Source: Selaginella moellendorffii (Eukaryota; Plantae; Lycopodiophyta). Taken from it: DNA of 64,000 nucleotides. Every line of letters starts with the position of its first letter. The stretch's first letter is position 1. Under the pieces are notes generated by a model. The model was not told the origin of the DNA. It ran no database searches and saw nothing but the letters and a program-made list of their open reading frames with translations. The stretch spans positions 84,002-148,001 of the forward strand of contig NW_003314288.1 of NCBI RefSeq assembly GCF_000143415.4. The letters are read 5' to 3'. The translations under genes and the position numbers were made by a program. Of this stretch, positions 48,190 to 62,100 are shown one piece after another.

Positions 48190-51100
48190 ATGGACAGGGA
48201 CAGAGTCTGGGCGATATTTCTCGTCGCCGTGGTTCTATCGATCGCTCACGCGGCAGCGGCTTCGATCGGCAAAGAATGTGATGCTAGAGCAGTGAATTGC
48301 GAGGCCACGGTTGCCGAGGGAGCTTCGCTGCGCTGGAATTTCCTAAGAACAGTCGAGGTATGTGTTCCCGAGATATAATAATTGTCTTCCTTGTTCTTAG
48401 TCTCTCTCTAGAGAATGCGCGTTTGATCTGCTCTTTCTTGCCAGGTCAATCGAAGGCTCAAAGTCCCATTCGTTAGATGGCCTTTCGGACAAGACGATGC
48501 GGTATCGCCAGCTCCAGCTCCATCCTCAAGCGGTGACGGCTTAGACGAAGCCAGCATTCCAGGCCGTGTACCTCCGCCGGCTCCAGCTATGCCAGGTACT
48601 CGATCGTTCTCACAGGCAAGTCCTCCCAACTCTGTGACAAGCCTCGCAAGCTCGTCCAGCCCTTCGCGTGCTGCGGCAGTGGCCGTGGCAGTTCCCATTA
48701 CGGTGGTGGCTACGTTGATCGTGGTGGGAGTTTTGTTCTTCTGCTACCGCAAGTTTAGAACGCCCAAGCTGGTCCCGGATGAGAACAGCCACAGCAACGA
48801 GAAGGACGTGAATCCGCTGATCCCACCAAAGGGTCTATACTGGAGCGAGAATTCGGACGAGGGAGCTCGTCGGCCACCTCCGCATCACCGGCTTCCTCCA
48901 GTTCCGTCGAAGGGAAATCAGTTTGATACTTCCGGACTGTCCACGCCTACGTCTGTGTCGGTGCTACGTGCTTCACACTCGGTTCCACCAGCGAAGACAG
49001 CGGTCCTTCCGCCACCTCCGTCTCACTATCGCCCGAAAGCTGGAACTCGGTTTTCTAGAGACTATGATCTGGATCAACCCGGGGAACGAGAGCAAGCCGG
49101 TGCTCGATCTAATTCGAGATACAGTGATTTGGCAGACGAAGAAGAAGGGACTACGGCTGGTGTTTCGAAAGCGGAGCAAGCCATGCACGCATTGCCGGCT
49201 CAAGTATCAAACAGGCGATCGTCTGCTGCTAGATACGATCAAGTGACAAAAAGCCGGGAAGGAATGCAGGCTTTCTTACCGCCGGCGGCGCCTCCTCCTC
49301 CTCTACCCGTGCCACCACCACGAGGACCTCCGCCAGGACCGTCACCTCCGCCTCCACCACCACCGGGGCCGCTACAACCACGTCCAGGGCCTCCACGTCC
49401 AGCACCACCACCGCCACCTCCACCACCTGGACCACGTCCATCACCACCACCACCACCTCCACCACCTGGACCACGTCCATCACCACCACCACCACCGCCA
49501 CCTCCTGGCCCGCGTCCAGCACCAGCACCAGCACCACCGCCACCACCTGGGCCGCGTCCGTCGCCACCACCACCACCGCCACCTCCTGGCCCGCGTCCAT
49601 CACCACCACCGCCACCACCTGGGCCGCGTCCGTCGCCACCACCACCACCTCCAGGGCCACCTCGGCCACCTCCACCACCAGGCTCGAGAGCTCCGCCACC
49701 ACCTCCACCGGGTCCAAGGCCTCCGGGGCCGCCACCACCACCCGGTCCGCCGCCGCCGCCAGGTTTGAGAGGCCCTCCACCGCCTCCAGGTCCGCCAGGT
49801 GCGCCGCCTCCTGGCCCTCCTGCATTTGGCAAGCCAAAGCTTACGGTTGGGACATCCTCACCTTCAGAGGCCAAGACAGCTCAGAAGTTGAAACCACTTT
49901 TCTGGGACAAGATCAAGGCCAATCCAGATCACTCCATGGTGTGGAACAACATCAGTGGCTCGTTTGAGTAAGTAGACGCGCAGTGTTTTCGTTGTTGCTG
50001 TTATCTGACCGTTGGAATTGTACAACAGAGTTGACGAAGAGATGATGGAGTCTCTGTTTGGCCTCGCTGCACCGCCTGCTGGTGGCAAGCTGGCAGGAGC
50101 TTCTCGTGCGCCGGCTCAACCAAAGAAAGAACAGCTTATTGACGCAAGGAAAGCTCATACCATGGCAATTCAGCTTCGTGCTCTAGGATTAAGAAAAGAA
50201 GAAGTAAAAGACGCATTGTTGGAAGGTTAGTGTTTTTCTTTTTCCTAGTTGCATTTATATTATGAAAGACTAATGCTCTTTTGGCAACAGGTGACGGCCT
50301 CTCTGTCGAATCACTGGAGGCATTGACGAAGATGGCACCCACCGATGAAGAGGAACGCAGGTTGCGGAATTTCAAGGGAAACTTTGCCGAATTGACCTTG
50401 GCGGAGCAATTCCTTTTGCGCATTATTGAAGTTCCTTTCGCATTCCAACGGCTTCAAAGTATGCTGTTCAAAGAGCAGTTTGAGGACGAGCTCTTGCAAG
50501 TCGAGGATTCTCTAAAGATTTTCAAGGTACGTTTGTTTTTTCTCTTTCTCATTGTAATAACAATCTTCGTCTCTTACAGACTGCATGCGTTGAGCTCAAA
50601 GGCAGCCCGTCCTTGAAGAAGCTACTACAAGTCGTCCTGAGAATTGGCAACCGGATGAACGTGGGAACATTCAGGGGCGATGCCCAGGCTTTCAAGCTCA
50701 ACTCGCTCCTGAAGCTCTCGGACGTCAAAAGCGTCGATGGCAAGACCTCATTACTCCATTTCATCGTCCAGGAGGTAGTCCGGGCGGAGAACGCACAGGC
50801 CCGCAAGTCTCCCACCGCGCAAAGCCCGGCTCGTACATCCTCCTTCATGCTCGACAACAAACAGGTGGAGCTCGACAAAGCCGGGCGACAGGACATGCAA
50901 GACGACTTGAAGCAGATTGGCACGCAAGTCATCCTGGGGATCAACGCGGAGCTGGAGAACGTCCGGAAGGCAGATGGGCAGGATTTCGACACGCTCAAGA
51001 ACTCCGTGTTCAAGCTGGTTACTGGGCTCCAAAGCCTCGAGAAGAGCCTGGCGGCGTTGCGAGACACGGCACCATCGTCGCGGGAGAAGGGAGAGGAGGA

Positions 51101-51347
51101 GGAGGAGGAGGAGGAGGACGTGTTCCTGGACGTGATGACCAAGTTTATGTCACGGTCCGTGAGCAGCGTGGAGAGGGTCAAGCAGGAGTATGACACGGTG
51201 CTGGTGGCGGTGAAGAAGCTCAACGTCTACTTCGATGGCGATGCCAAGAAGGACGACGCCACCGCGTTCCAGATCTTCCACATCGTCAGCCAGTTCATCG
51301 TGATGCTGGAGCGAGCGTGCGCGGACACATTCGGCAAGAAGAAATGA
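48190..51347 (+). CDS. Class I formin (signal peptide, TM helix, Pro-rich FH1, FH2)
   Basis: TM AVPITVVATLIVVGVLFFCYRK; poly-Pro at 49280-49820; KLKPLFWDKI, GNRMNVGTFRGDAQAFKLNSLLKLSDVKSVDGKTSLLHFIV. Confidence 0.95.
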
Positions 51348-51656
51348 GCAAGCCAAGCAAGATCATCGATATCTTTCTTCTAGCGAGCCCAGCAAGGTCA
51401 TCCATAAGTTTCTTCGCGCCGAGCAAGATCATCTATATCTTTCTTCGTACGGTGGAAGCTTGGGATCGCTTCCGAGCGACCGAAGAGGATCGACGAAATC
51501 ACCATCGACGTGATCCTTGAGGACAAACTCTCGTCATTCTCGCCAGATTCATTGGAAGATCACCCAAGAACCACTGGTCAAACTCCCTGGACCGGCTCTC
51601 GTTGACCTTTGACCGATATAAACTTGGCTACTTCTATATTATGTGAAGAGAAGCTC

Positions 51657-53033
51657 TTAAGCGAGGAAGAGTGATGAAGTAGTGGCGTTTGGGCTTGAGA
51701 ATTCCTGGATGTTGGGCACGGCTGGGAAGCTCTTAGTGGGGATGGAGGTGATGGCCGCCACTAACGCCACCACCACGCAAAAACAAGTCACCATTGTGAA
51801 CAGCACGTAAAGATATGCTCGCCAGGCTTTATCTTTGCCGCTGTTCTTGTGGAGAGAGTGTGCCTCGGCCATCACTGTGGAGATTGTAGCCATGCTATCT
51901 ACGAATCCTCCCTGGAAAGCGTCCACTGTTGCTACTAGCACGATCGCTGCTGGGTCCTGGAAAAACAAGAAAGTGAGTCGCACACATTTTAGCAGCGAAT
52001 ATAGGAAGACATCACACCGCCGTGTCCGTGGCGGGGGAGAACTTCCCAGTGTACTGCAAAAGAGCGCGTTAGGACGTACCGTTATCTTTACGAGAAGGAG
52101 TCCTGGCGTGGCGAGCGAGGATAAGAGATTAGCGAGCAAAGTTCCCAAAGGAAAGAGCTCTAGCTTGCAATGATCGTTGAGCTTCACGGAGAGCGCGTGC
52201 CTTGTCCATGCTCCCAGTGGCGCGACGAGGCAGGCGAGCCAGAGTTTTCTTCTTGGGTGATCGAGCACGGCCAGGACTGCGACGAGAAGCCACAGAGAAG
52301 TGGCGGCCACGGACTTGCTGGGCTCTGCAAAAATCTTCTTCTTCTTCTTCTTCTCGGGAGCGACGGTGGACGATCCAAATGCGTCGTGGAACATGAGACC
52401 GGTGTCGAGGCCGATCTTGTAAGAGATGTAAGCGAGCTCGAGACCTGCATTACATATGTGCACACATGGTTTGCAGTGCTCAAGAGTCTTTCCATGAGCT
52501 TGATAGCAGTGTTACCTGTGATGAAACTCGAGAGGGCGAAGAACCAGTTCCCGTTGAGAGCGCTGGTAGCCATAGCTTGGTTCCAAAACGCAAGACTGGT
52601 TACACTGTCAAACACGACTTGGAGAGATGTGTTGCTGTTGGTGAAGAATCCAACCAGGAAGCAGCCCAGCTGAGGATCAAAGCCAGATACCATGGATCAT
52701 AGAGAAGCTCTTATACCGACTTAAGTTACCATGTTGGCTGGGATTTGTCTGAAAGGAGCCTCCAGCTGGGAAGAGAGTGCTTGGTATAACCCATTCTTGA
52801 TCACTACCTGAAAGAGCAAGTCTGAGAATGGTGCACTAGCGATCGAGAGAGAGAGAGAGAGCTACTGGGCTTCTGGGTGAGATAAGAGAAGGGAGAAAGA
52901 TACCCCAAAGACTCCAGAGACGATGGAGACGAAGGAGTTTACTTGAGTGATCTACACAAGAACAAAGTTAGATCAGTGGAAGAAAGAGCTTGCCGCTGGG
53001 AGAAGAACTCACCTGGTGTTGGTCTTGTTCCAT
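51657..53033 (-). CDS. Divergent CrcB/Fluc two-domain (FEX-like) membrane protein; 5' end uncertain
   Basis: LACLVAPLGAWTRHALS..FPLGTLLANLL; IPANM-LGCFLVGF; multiple TM segments. Confidence 0.65.
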
Positions 53034-54399
53034 CTTCTTCCACACTCCAAGGAAGAGCAGCCGGACCGGCTTATCCGGTGGAGTAAGGAGCTAGTGGAGG
53101 AGTCAGCTATAAAAGAGAAAAATCGTTTTTTTTATAAAAAAATGAAAAACAGCAATTGCTAATGTCTTCCTTGAATGCTTTAAGGCTTGGGGCAAGGCAG
53201 AATCTGTGGGTGGTCCGGCATCTCCCTTTTGCTGGGTGGGGATCACTCAATGGGTACTGCTTCTTTATTCGTACTGTAAATGCGAAGATTGATATATCAC
53301 CCGAGAAAAGATATGCAAATCCAGTGGCAGTGTCAGTGCTTGGATCGTTCATTTGAGGCTATTTGCACTCACATTGTGTTGTTGTGATCATGCCAAGTTA
53401 GCTTGAGAATGTCAACCTGGAAGTTCAAGCGATTAGTAACCTAGAAAAGCTTAAAAGTTGGATCTTTGTTAGAATCTCTTTCGTACAATAACGAGGTGGG
53501 TGAGAATTGACACCATTATGGAAGTTTGTTGACCACATTATAATGAATAGTATGCTTGTAGTTTTCACATCATGTTCACCAAGAAGCAAAAAAGCTGGGA
53601 AAGGTAAAAACAGTCCAAGATGTAACTTGTAATGGAGAGTAGCCATGTGGTTGCTAAAGTATAGGTAATAATGCTTGAGGAATCCAGAGTGTTGAAATAA
53701 TGTCTTCTATTTTTCACCTTTGGAAGGCACAATCCTCTTTATAGCTGCTTGCAGGAACGAGCACCACTCCAGCAGCCAAGCAGGAATTTGTGGTTAGAAT
53801 TAAGGATAATTTTGCTGTAACACTTATTTTAGAATTTTTAGAGCCTTTTTTGCACCAATCTTTACCCTTAAATGTTTATTTAAACAATATATAAAATAAT
53901 TTTTCCAAAAACTGTGAGAATATACGTGATAATAATCATAACAACTTTAATATATATTTATATATATTTATTGTCACATGTTTGTTATTTATCTCTATTT
54001 ATTAAGCCATATATTTACCACTATGACCACCACTGGAATTGAACCTTAAACCTCTATTCATGGGACTTAAACTCAAGACCTACTATGCACATCGATAGGC
54101 ATCTAGAATTAGCATGCACCCATACTTAAACTAACTTTTTGGATTAGGTTGGGGTTGACCAAATTAGTTTCTAGAGCCTCTATACAAGTAAAAATTTGTA
54201 TTTAAAGTGTTCAATATAAATTCATTTTTTAAAATTATTTTAGTATTTTATTAGTAGTTTTGTTCTCTTTTAATAATGAGCTCCAGATAGTTTGAACATT
54301 TTGATATTAATAGCTTCCCCAAATCATCTACTACAACTCTAATTGGATTTTGATACTTTAGGGAAGTCATATCAAACATTAGAGCAATCCAATACAACA

Positions 54400-57300
54400 C
54401 TTCACTTGCAAATTATTTAGCATTCCAAGCCAAAGATTGGTATACTAACAAAGTTCAATAGTACATAATTTGAATTCCATGGTTTTCATGTCAAGTAAAG
54501 CTTTGAATCACTATATACCCTAGCCAATATTCCACCCTGACTTCTTATATAGGATTGATTAGATCTTTTCTTATATTCTTTAAAATTTTGATCTCTTTGT
54601 TCAACACTTCACTAGCATGTTCAATGATATTGATCAAGAGTAAGTTTCTATTATTCTTGAGTGGCAATACTCAATTTCTATTTATGATGTCTAATATTTC
54701 TTTGGATTTATGAAGTTTTATTGGTACTTTATTCAAACCTCTAAAATCACACTCCTGATGTAACTCATTATAGAAGATGTCTTTTTTATGTGGTCTTTTG
54801 CTACTTAGACTTCTTTTAGCCTTCTTAAATTTACATTTACATTCTCTCTAGTTTTTATTCATTCAAACAAAATAAAGTAGTATTTTGTTGAGGTAGATAT
54901 TTCAAATTTTGGTTTGGATATTGTGTTGTTGCAAGAGGGACCAAATAGAAAATTCACCTAATTACTTTCCACTTTCAGAAATAAAAATTGTAAAGATAAA
55001 TTATGATGTTTTCAATAAGGACCTATTTGCAATTATAGACCCCTTTGAAGCTTAGCATAAGAACCTTGAAAATATATCTTTATGAATTTCCTTACTAATA
55101 TTCCACCTTCTTAGGGATTTGACAATGTCTTTATTATGGTCAATTGGTTTTCCAAAATGGCAATTTCTTGCTATATCAAAACACAATTGACAGAGAGCGA
55201 CTAGCTAAGCTTATTTATAAGTAGATTTTTTGTTTTCATAGATTGCCTCATGATATTATTAGTGATCATCCTCTTTTGCATAAAGAATAAATTGTCCATT
55301 TCTTACTCTTCAGATTAATGGGCAATTAATAGGATGATTGGGTTGATCTCCTTCCTTCTTCTGAGTTTGTACATAAAAATTCTTAGCACTCTTCAACACA
55401 TCATTCTCTATTCTTTATTGAATATGGCTTTCATCCTTAGTAGCTATATTTTTTCCTTTAGTATCTAATCTAACTAAGTTTGTAAGTGCATAGAATATGG
55501 CAGCACCAGCCATAAATGATTATTAGGATCTGTCCCCATAAAATAAAGAAGGTTACATTCTCAATATTGAGAATGTAAATGCTAAAATGACAAGTCATCA
55601 ATAAGTGATGCAAGATTCTCAAACCTATCCTCAAGCTTTTGGATCTACAACTTAATCTTTTAAGCCTAAAAAACTTTATTAAAAGAAGGTAAATTTAGCT
55701 CTGCACTTTGTGAACACTGAATATCAAGTACAATAACTACCGATGGCATGGAATCCTTATCTAAAAAATCTACAAATGCTAGAATAATAGGCTCATAAAA
55801 AATATGAGAAGAAAGCGAAGAAAGAAAAGGAGCTCGAGAAAAAGCATCAGCATCAGCATAGAACTCCTTAAGTGATGAACAACATCAAAATCATATCTAA
55901 AGCTTCAAAACCTATTAAATAGTATGACCAACCAAGTTCTTCCATTTTAATAATGAAGTAAATGTAGTATAATCACATTTTATTAGTGTCTAAAAACTAT
56001 GTAATATACATGAAGTTTCTTGAAACCCCAAATTGTTGCTAAACATTCCTTCTCTATTGTAGATTAATTCACCTTCACTAAATGTAATGTATAGTTGATA
56101 TATGTAATAGGATGGCATTGACTAAGCACATACAATCTCTCTTGCATCAATACACCTCTAAGATCGATATCAGAAGCATCCACGCACAAAATGAAATGTT
56201 GAGTGTAGTCAGGATATACCAAAAATGGAGGTGTCAACAATTCTTTAAATTTTGTAAACACTTACCACAGTTCATGGACCACATGAAAGATGATGTTGAC
56301 AACTTTAGCAATGCTTTTGATATTGTAGTATAATTAAAAAGATGATCAACGAAACAACTAAAATATTATACCTTGCTTAAAACTTATTTCACATCATTCA
56401 TACACTTTGAAGTAGGTGTGAGACACAAATCCCTAAGCTCCAAAGTGGAGCCAAAAGGGTGCCATGTGGTAGTGGCCGAAGTGAAAACCAAATGGTATAA
56501 AACATTTGGACTAAAAGCTCCGATTTGAAAGGTCAAGAGTGGGAGTGGAACTCCCAATGAAGTGCTCGAGGAACAAACATGAAGTGAGTAATAAATGAGT
56601 CTCTAGAAAAGAGACACAAGAGGACCGACACATGAAACATGGAAAAGCCCGAGATGGACTGAGATGGCACCTCGGGTCCATCTCGGACTCCATCTCAGTC
56701 CATCTCGGACTCTATCTCGGATCCATCTCGGACTCCATCTTGGGTGGAGTCCGAGATGGAGTCCGAGATGGAGTTCGAGATGGACTCGAAATGGAGTCCG
56801 AGATGGAGTCTGAGGTGGATCGAGATGGAGTCCGAGATGGACCCGAGATGGAGTCCGAGATGGACCTGAGATGGAGTCCGAGATGGAGTCCGAGATGGAG
56901 TCTGAGATGGAGTTCAAGATGGAGTCCAAGAAGGACCCAAGATGGAGTCCGAAGTCGAGACTGAGACTGAGACCGAGACTGAGACCGAGAATAGGACCGA
57001 AACTGAGACCGAGGCTGAGGCCGAGACCGAGCCCAAGCCTGAGTCCGAGACCGAGCCCAAGCCCAAGTTCGAGACCGAGTCCGAGTCTGAGTCTGAGTCC
57101 AAGTTCAAGTCTAAGAGGGTGAAAGCCCAAAGCGTTCATCTCCCAGACCCTAGGGGGTTTGGTGAGCTCCAAAAGTATAGCAGGGGGAGGACTCCAGTGG
57201 AGCCAATTTGGCTAAGAAAGGCCAGTTTGGCCCAAGAAGGCTATACCCAGGTGTTGGGTGATGGGATAACCATTGGGAAGTCCAAAGCTAGAGTGAATAC

Positions 57301-58556
57301 AGATCGACAAGCAGGGTAACTTGGTGAAGTGTTCAAAAGCTGGCTCTAGTTCCCCCAGGAGATTGAATAGTCGATGCTCCCAGTCCAAGTGTGGGTGGCA
57401 CTACTTACTTGGATACCTAGTGTGGCTCAACAGAACCTCGCTCTAAGCCCATGGCTAGAGCACCAAAAGGCGGAAGGTGGGGAGAGTACCCATGAGGCTC
57501 GTGTAAGGCCATAGTGTTCCAAGATGTTGTCCCAAAGTCCCAGACTATGGAAAGGAAGAGGAGTGGTCCTCTAGTGTAGTGCCCAATGATGCAGTCATGT
57601 GGTGAGAAAGTCCCAGAGGACAGTGGGACTTAGTGTTCGGGCCTATGGGCCTTGTCTGAGTGGCAGTGTTGGCGAACACGGCCATGGGCAGAAAAGGGAC
57701 TTGGTGGGGACTGTAAAAGGGATATTAGGGAACGCTGTTCCCCATGTTTGCGGGCATCTTAAGGATGCTAAGGAGTGGACCTAGGATGGTCACTCATGGA
57801 CGGATGGCCCAGTATTTGAGAGACGGGATTGCGATGTAAGTGGTATTAGACCACAAATGTGGCAAAGGTGAATGGGCATGGCCTTAGCATAACGAGCCGA
57901 TATGTCCGTAGTACCTTTGGGTGTTGGTCATAGGATTGGACACGTGGAGCACTTGGGCCAAGTGCAAAGGTTGAGTGGCGGGGATGCCATTCTCGGGGCT
58001 AGCATGCCCAAGTCCAAAATAGGAGTTACGGAGGTTGTGAGTGAGACTCCTCTAGGTGGTGGAAGGTGTGGTTAAGTGACTAAAGTAGAATGGAAAATTT
58101 AATTGCTTACAGTAGGGAACTTAAGAATAACTACAAGTTTATCAAGATCAACTTGCAAACCTTCACGAGATATATCATACCCAAGATAAGTCTTGTCTTT
58201 GGACCCAAACACACACTTTGACTGTTTTAGCTTTAAACCAATTTTTTATAGCTAATCTAACACGTTACAAATGTCCTGGATATGTTACTCCCATGTCGAT
58301 CAAAACATCATTGATAAAGCTAATAGTCACCTCTAGCATATAGTAAAAACTTTGTTTATCATACGTTGGAAAGTTTCTGAAGTGTTATTAAAACTAAATG
58401 GCATCACCAAAAATTCATACAAACAAAATGGTATATGAAAAAAAATCTTGAGAATATCTTCCTCAGCTATTGGCGCTTGTCAGTACTTAGAAGCAAAATT
58501 TAACTTGGTGAACCAATGACTTCTCCCTAGACAATTCAGAAGATTAATAGTGTGAT
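54400..58556. mobile_element. Degenerate gypsy pol remnants in both orientations
   Basis: Plus strand: GFDNVFIMVNWFSKMA (~55113). Minus strand: LVYPDYTQHFILCVDASD (56064-56261) and LYEFLVMPF (~58395-58425). Confidence 0.7.
56417..58111 (+). mobile_element. Solo LTR (~1.7 kb) with 12/6-bp repeat array
   Basis: TGTGAG...CTTACA termini. TSD GTAGG at 56412-56416 and 58112-58116. (GATGGAGTCCGA)n at ~56750-56950. Related to LTR 2994-4167. Confidence 0.88.
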
Positions 58557-59192
58557 TGTAGCCCATGTGGTTTTGACCCTTTATCCTATGGTGATTTACC
58601 ATAGGATAACACCACGAAGCAGAACCTAAACCCTCTTTATGCCACGTGACAGATGCCACGTGTCCAAAGGACAGTGGTGTGGAACTCGAGGTTCAGGGCC
58701 TTGAGGCACTGAATGAAGGAACGGTGCCAAACTCCCAAGCATGGAGCCAAGGAGTGACGGAACTGAACCACGAAGCAACTCTCGAGCATACAGCCCAAGG
58801 AGCAAAGGGACAGGAGCTCGGAGCAACTTGGAACAATCCTAGAGTAACCAGCATCCCAATGCCAGGACTAGCATGCAAAACGGAGCCAAACGAAGTCTAG
58901 CCTATTTCGGCATACCGGTGGCCTAACGCGAGGATATGGGTACTCTACCAGCTAGCATGGTGTGGAGCTTAGGCTTAGACCCAAGCCGGATACAGAACAA
59001 GGACAGGCACGCAAGCGGGAGTTAGACTATACCTTAGGTTGGTTAGCCATGCCCGACTTACCCACTATCCCTACTATACATTTGGAACCCCCCATAGCCC
59101 CCCCCCCCCATAGCCCCCCCCCCCCCCCCCATTGAGGAACACACGGTTTGGGCTTTCACCCCAAGCCTCCCTTAGTATCAGGAGTTAGTCTC
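58557..59192 (-). repeat. Partial LTR of the same family as 2994-4167, interrupted by another element
   Basis: Reverse complement of GGGGTGAAAGCCCAAA, poly-G and TATAGTAGGGATAGTG. Confidence 0.75.
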
Positions 59193-62100
59193 TGGGACAA
59201 GCTTGAAACTTACTAAATATGGAATGTTCCTAAATTGCAAATTTGGACACGAGATGAACACCATTGTGTTCAGAACAATCTCTACATTCTGTAGATATGC
59301 CAAATGAGCAAATCTGGACACTTTCCATAAATAACATTTGGGACCAAAATGAGACTAACACAAAGGGCATAATAGCGAGGGTGTTTGGCAGACATGGTAA
59401 ACTATCATCTAGTGATGTTGAGGGACCAATCTCAATATCACGGGGGTTCTTGATACTAGCAAGTGCAAGCCAATGACTCAAGTTTGTTAAACTAGGCCGA
59501 GTATACTTAGCAAGAAACACATAGGGTTCCTACCTTATGTTTATCCAATCTAAGTGCATGGTCATTGACCAGTTTCTCAACTAGCTCAAGTGGGAACTGA
59601 TAACGGGTCCATGGGTATCGAAAGTTACCTGTTGGCTAGTCCTTTCGGATATTCTTTCCTTACTGCTACGATGGCAGGAGGTCGGTATTGCAAGTCACAT
59701 TCGCGACACTCTCCCCCCCTAGGGAAGATCGATGTCCTCGTTGATGCATACTCAAGTCTAGAATACCACCAAGGAAACAACTCCATAAAAAGTTCACAGT
59801 ACTCACACTATATGAGAAATGCACCAACTTAAATGAGTTAAGGGGTAACCTCTTTGTCTAATGCGGATGCGCTACCAACTCAGACACCTTCCAGCCATTA
59901 CCGACAAGGAAATGACCAACAGAGTCAACCACCATTGCTGCTCTGGGAGTCACTCAGCTTACAAAAGTGTGATATGCCCCTGCCCGCAAGGACATAGAGA
60001 GAGAAGCTAGAGGCCCCAACCCTCCTGAGCAAAGAAACTAAACCTGTCAGTAAGGTTTAGATAGACTACTGTAAACAGGCAGTTAGAGTTGTTTACACAG
60101 TCACGCCCTTTTAACGGAATAAGAAACAGCGACAAAGAGGCGGGTTATGTGACCAGTCGATAGTAGCTACCCCATGACTAGAGATTTCACCATGCACACG
60201 AAGTGTCGAAGCCAATTTGCCTATACTGGCCCAAACTTAAAGATCAATATAGGGACCATATCAAAGTCATAGACAATGATATCTTAGAGATTTAATTATC
60301 AATGAATAAAGCTTAGATTAGAACACAAAAGTATTCCAAGTAAGTTATCATCCGATAAACTAGTATTATAGTATAGGAACCACCAAGATCACTATTATTG
60401 GATAACATAAAATTCACCATCCAAAAAAATTCAATAGCAAGTATATCATTAAGTAAACTCAATGATGAAACTTAACTATCGAAAATGGCAGATAGCATGC
60501 CAAACAATTCACAAAACACAACTCAAGGAACACAAAGTATCATTGACTAACAAGCACAAAGCCCGCGAATGTATCACCTAAAGGAGATAACATCTTAATC
60601 TATCGAAACTAACTCGAGCAACAATCAACAAAACATAATGAATGTGGTAAGACCAACAAACACGTAGTCATGCCAACCATTGCATCAGCCAATCTGAATA
60701 GATCCCAGTCAACAATACCAAGGAAGTCAAGTTGCCTAAGCAAGTGTCAGCAACGTCCTACTAATGTCTCAAACCCAAAAGACCAATCCAAAGCAAACCA
60801 CAAAGAATATGTGGTATTACGAAAAAGCTATAAACCATCAAAGAGATCAACTAACCATCATGAAAGATTAACAATCATCCTATCAATAAAGAGATGCAAA
60901 ATCATCAGCTAAGAAGGAATCCACCATCCCGAAAAATGGCAAATCATTCTATACCAACAATAATCAAGCAAAACTTTTTGCCAAGGATAATCAATTATCC
61001 TAGATGATAGTCAATCATCACCAATGATTGTTAGATATAAATGCTAACTTCAACATCGAAGCTAGGAGCCAAAATGCTTTACCCAACAACTTCAAACAAA
61101 TGGAACAATGAGCATAAAAACTCAAGGAACCGAAAGTTCAAAGAAGCCTATAGTTAAGTCTTGCCTAATAAATGATCACGAGTCTTGTAGGAACTAACTT
61201 CAATGCTAAAGAAGAAATCATGGTATAACCCACAATATCCCCTTCAACACATCCATAAGCCAAACTTTATAATGCTCAAGCTAATGAAGAGCATATTTGC
61301 ATCAATCCAAAAGTTAAGCACAATGGAGTTATGCTCAACAAGTGATCATTAAATGATCTTCTATGAATCCATCTATAGTAAGACGTAACTCACTTTGTAA
61401 CAAGCAAAGGAGAATCATCAATGATCGATATATCCCGAACTCAAATCCAACAAAGACTCAAACATTCTAATATCAATCACTAACTTTTCCTCTTGTAGAG
61501 TTAGCATAGTCCACGACTAAATCACCTTTCAAGGAAAAGCTAAAGCTCAACCTCTACTAAATAATCTCGTTTAGAACACAACTAACTCAAACTTGCCACT
61601 CAGTTCATTTGAATGTCAACATAGTTGCTAACTAGCAAATGTGCGAATGCTAATAACACAAAGCTACAACCAAATCATCAACACTATTGCTATCGAGACT
61701 AATGAAACTCAATATTAATCTTTGGAAGGATATCTCATTTCACTCATATCTCAATATCAACAATGTCAACAATAAGGCATCACTTCAATGCCATCAACAC
61801 CAGAACAAAGCTAGAAGAAAGCAAGAGTGAATCACCACTCAAAACTCTCTAACAACCAAGCTAGCCAAAGTCAAAGATACTTTACTCAATATCCGAGACT
61901 AATCCTTCAACAATACTCAACTACAGATAACACATCATCAAGGTGTGATTCACCACATCCATGACTCAATGAAATCCAACACTACGGACTAAATGTAACT
62001 AAATGATATTAACAGAGGTAGAGTCAATATGCCAACATGGAAAACCCATGTAAGTCTAACGACACGATCCTCCACAACACCATCTGGTAAAACAAGCCCA

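Noticed and set aside
49229-49874. Gly-rich and Val-rich minus-strand ORFs
   Set aside because: Antisense of the formin poly-proline FH1 region.
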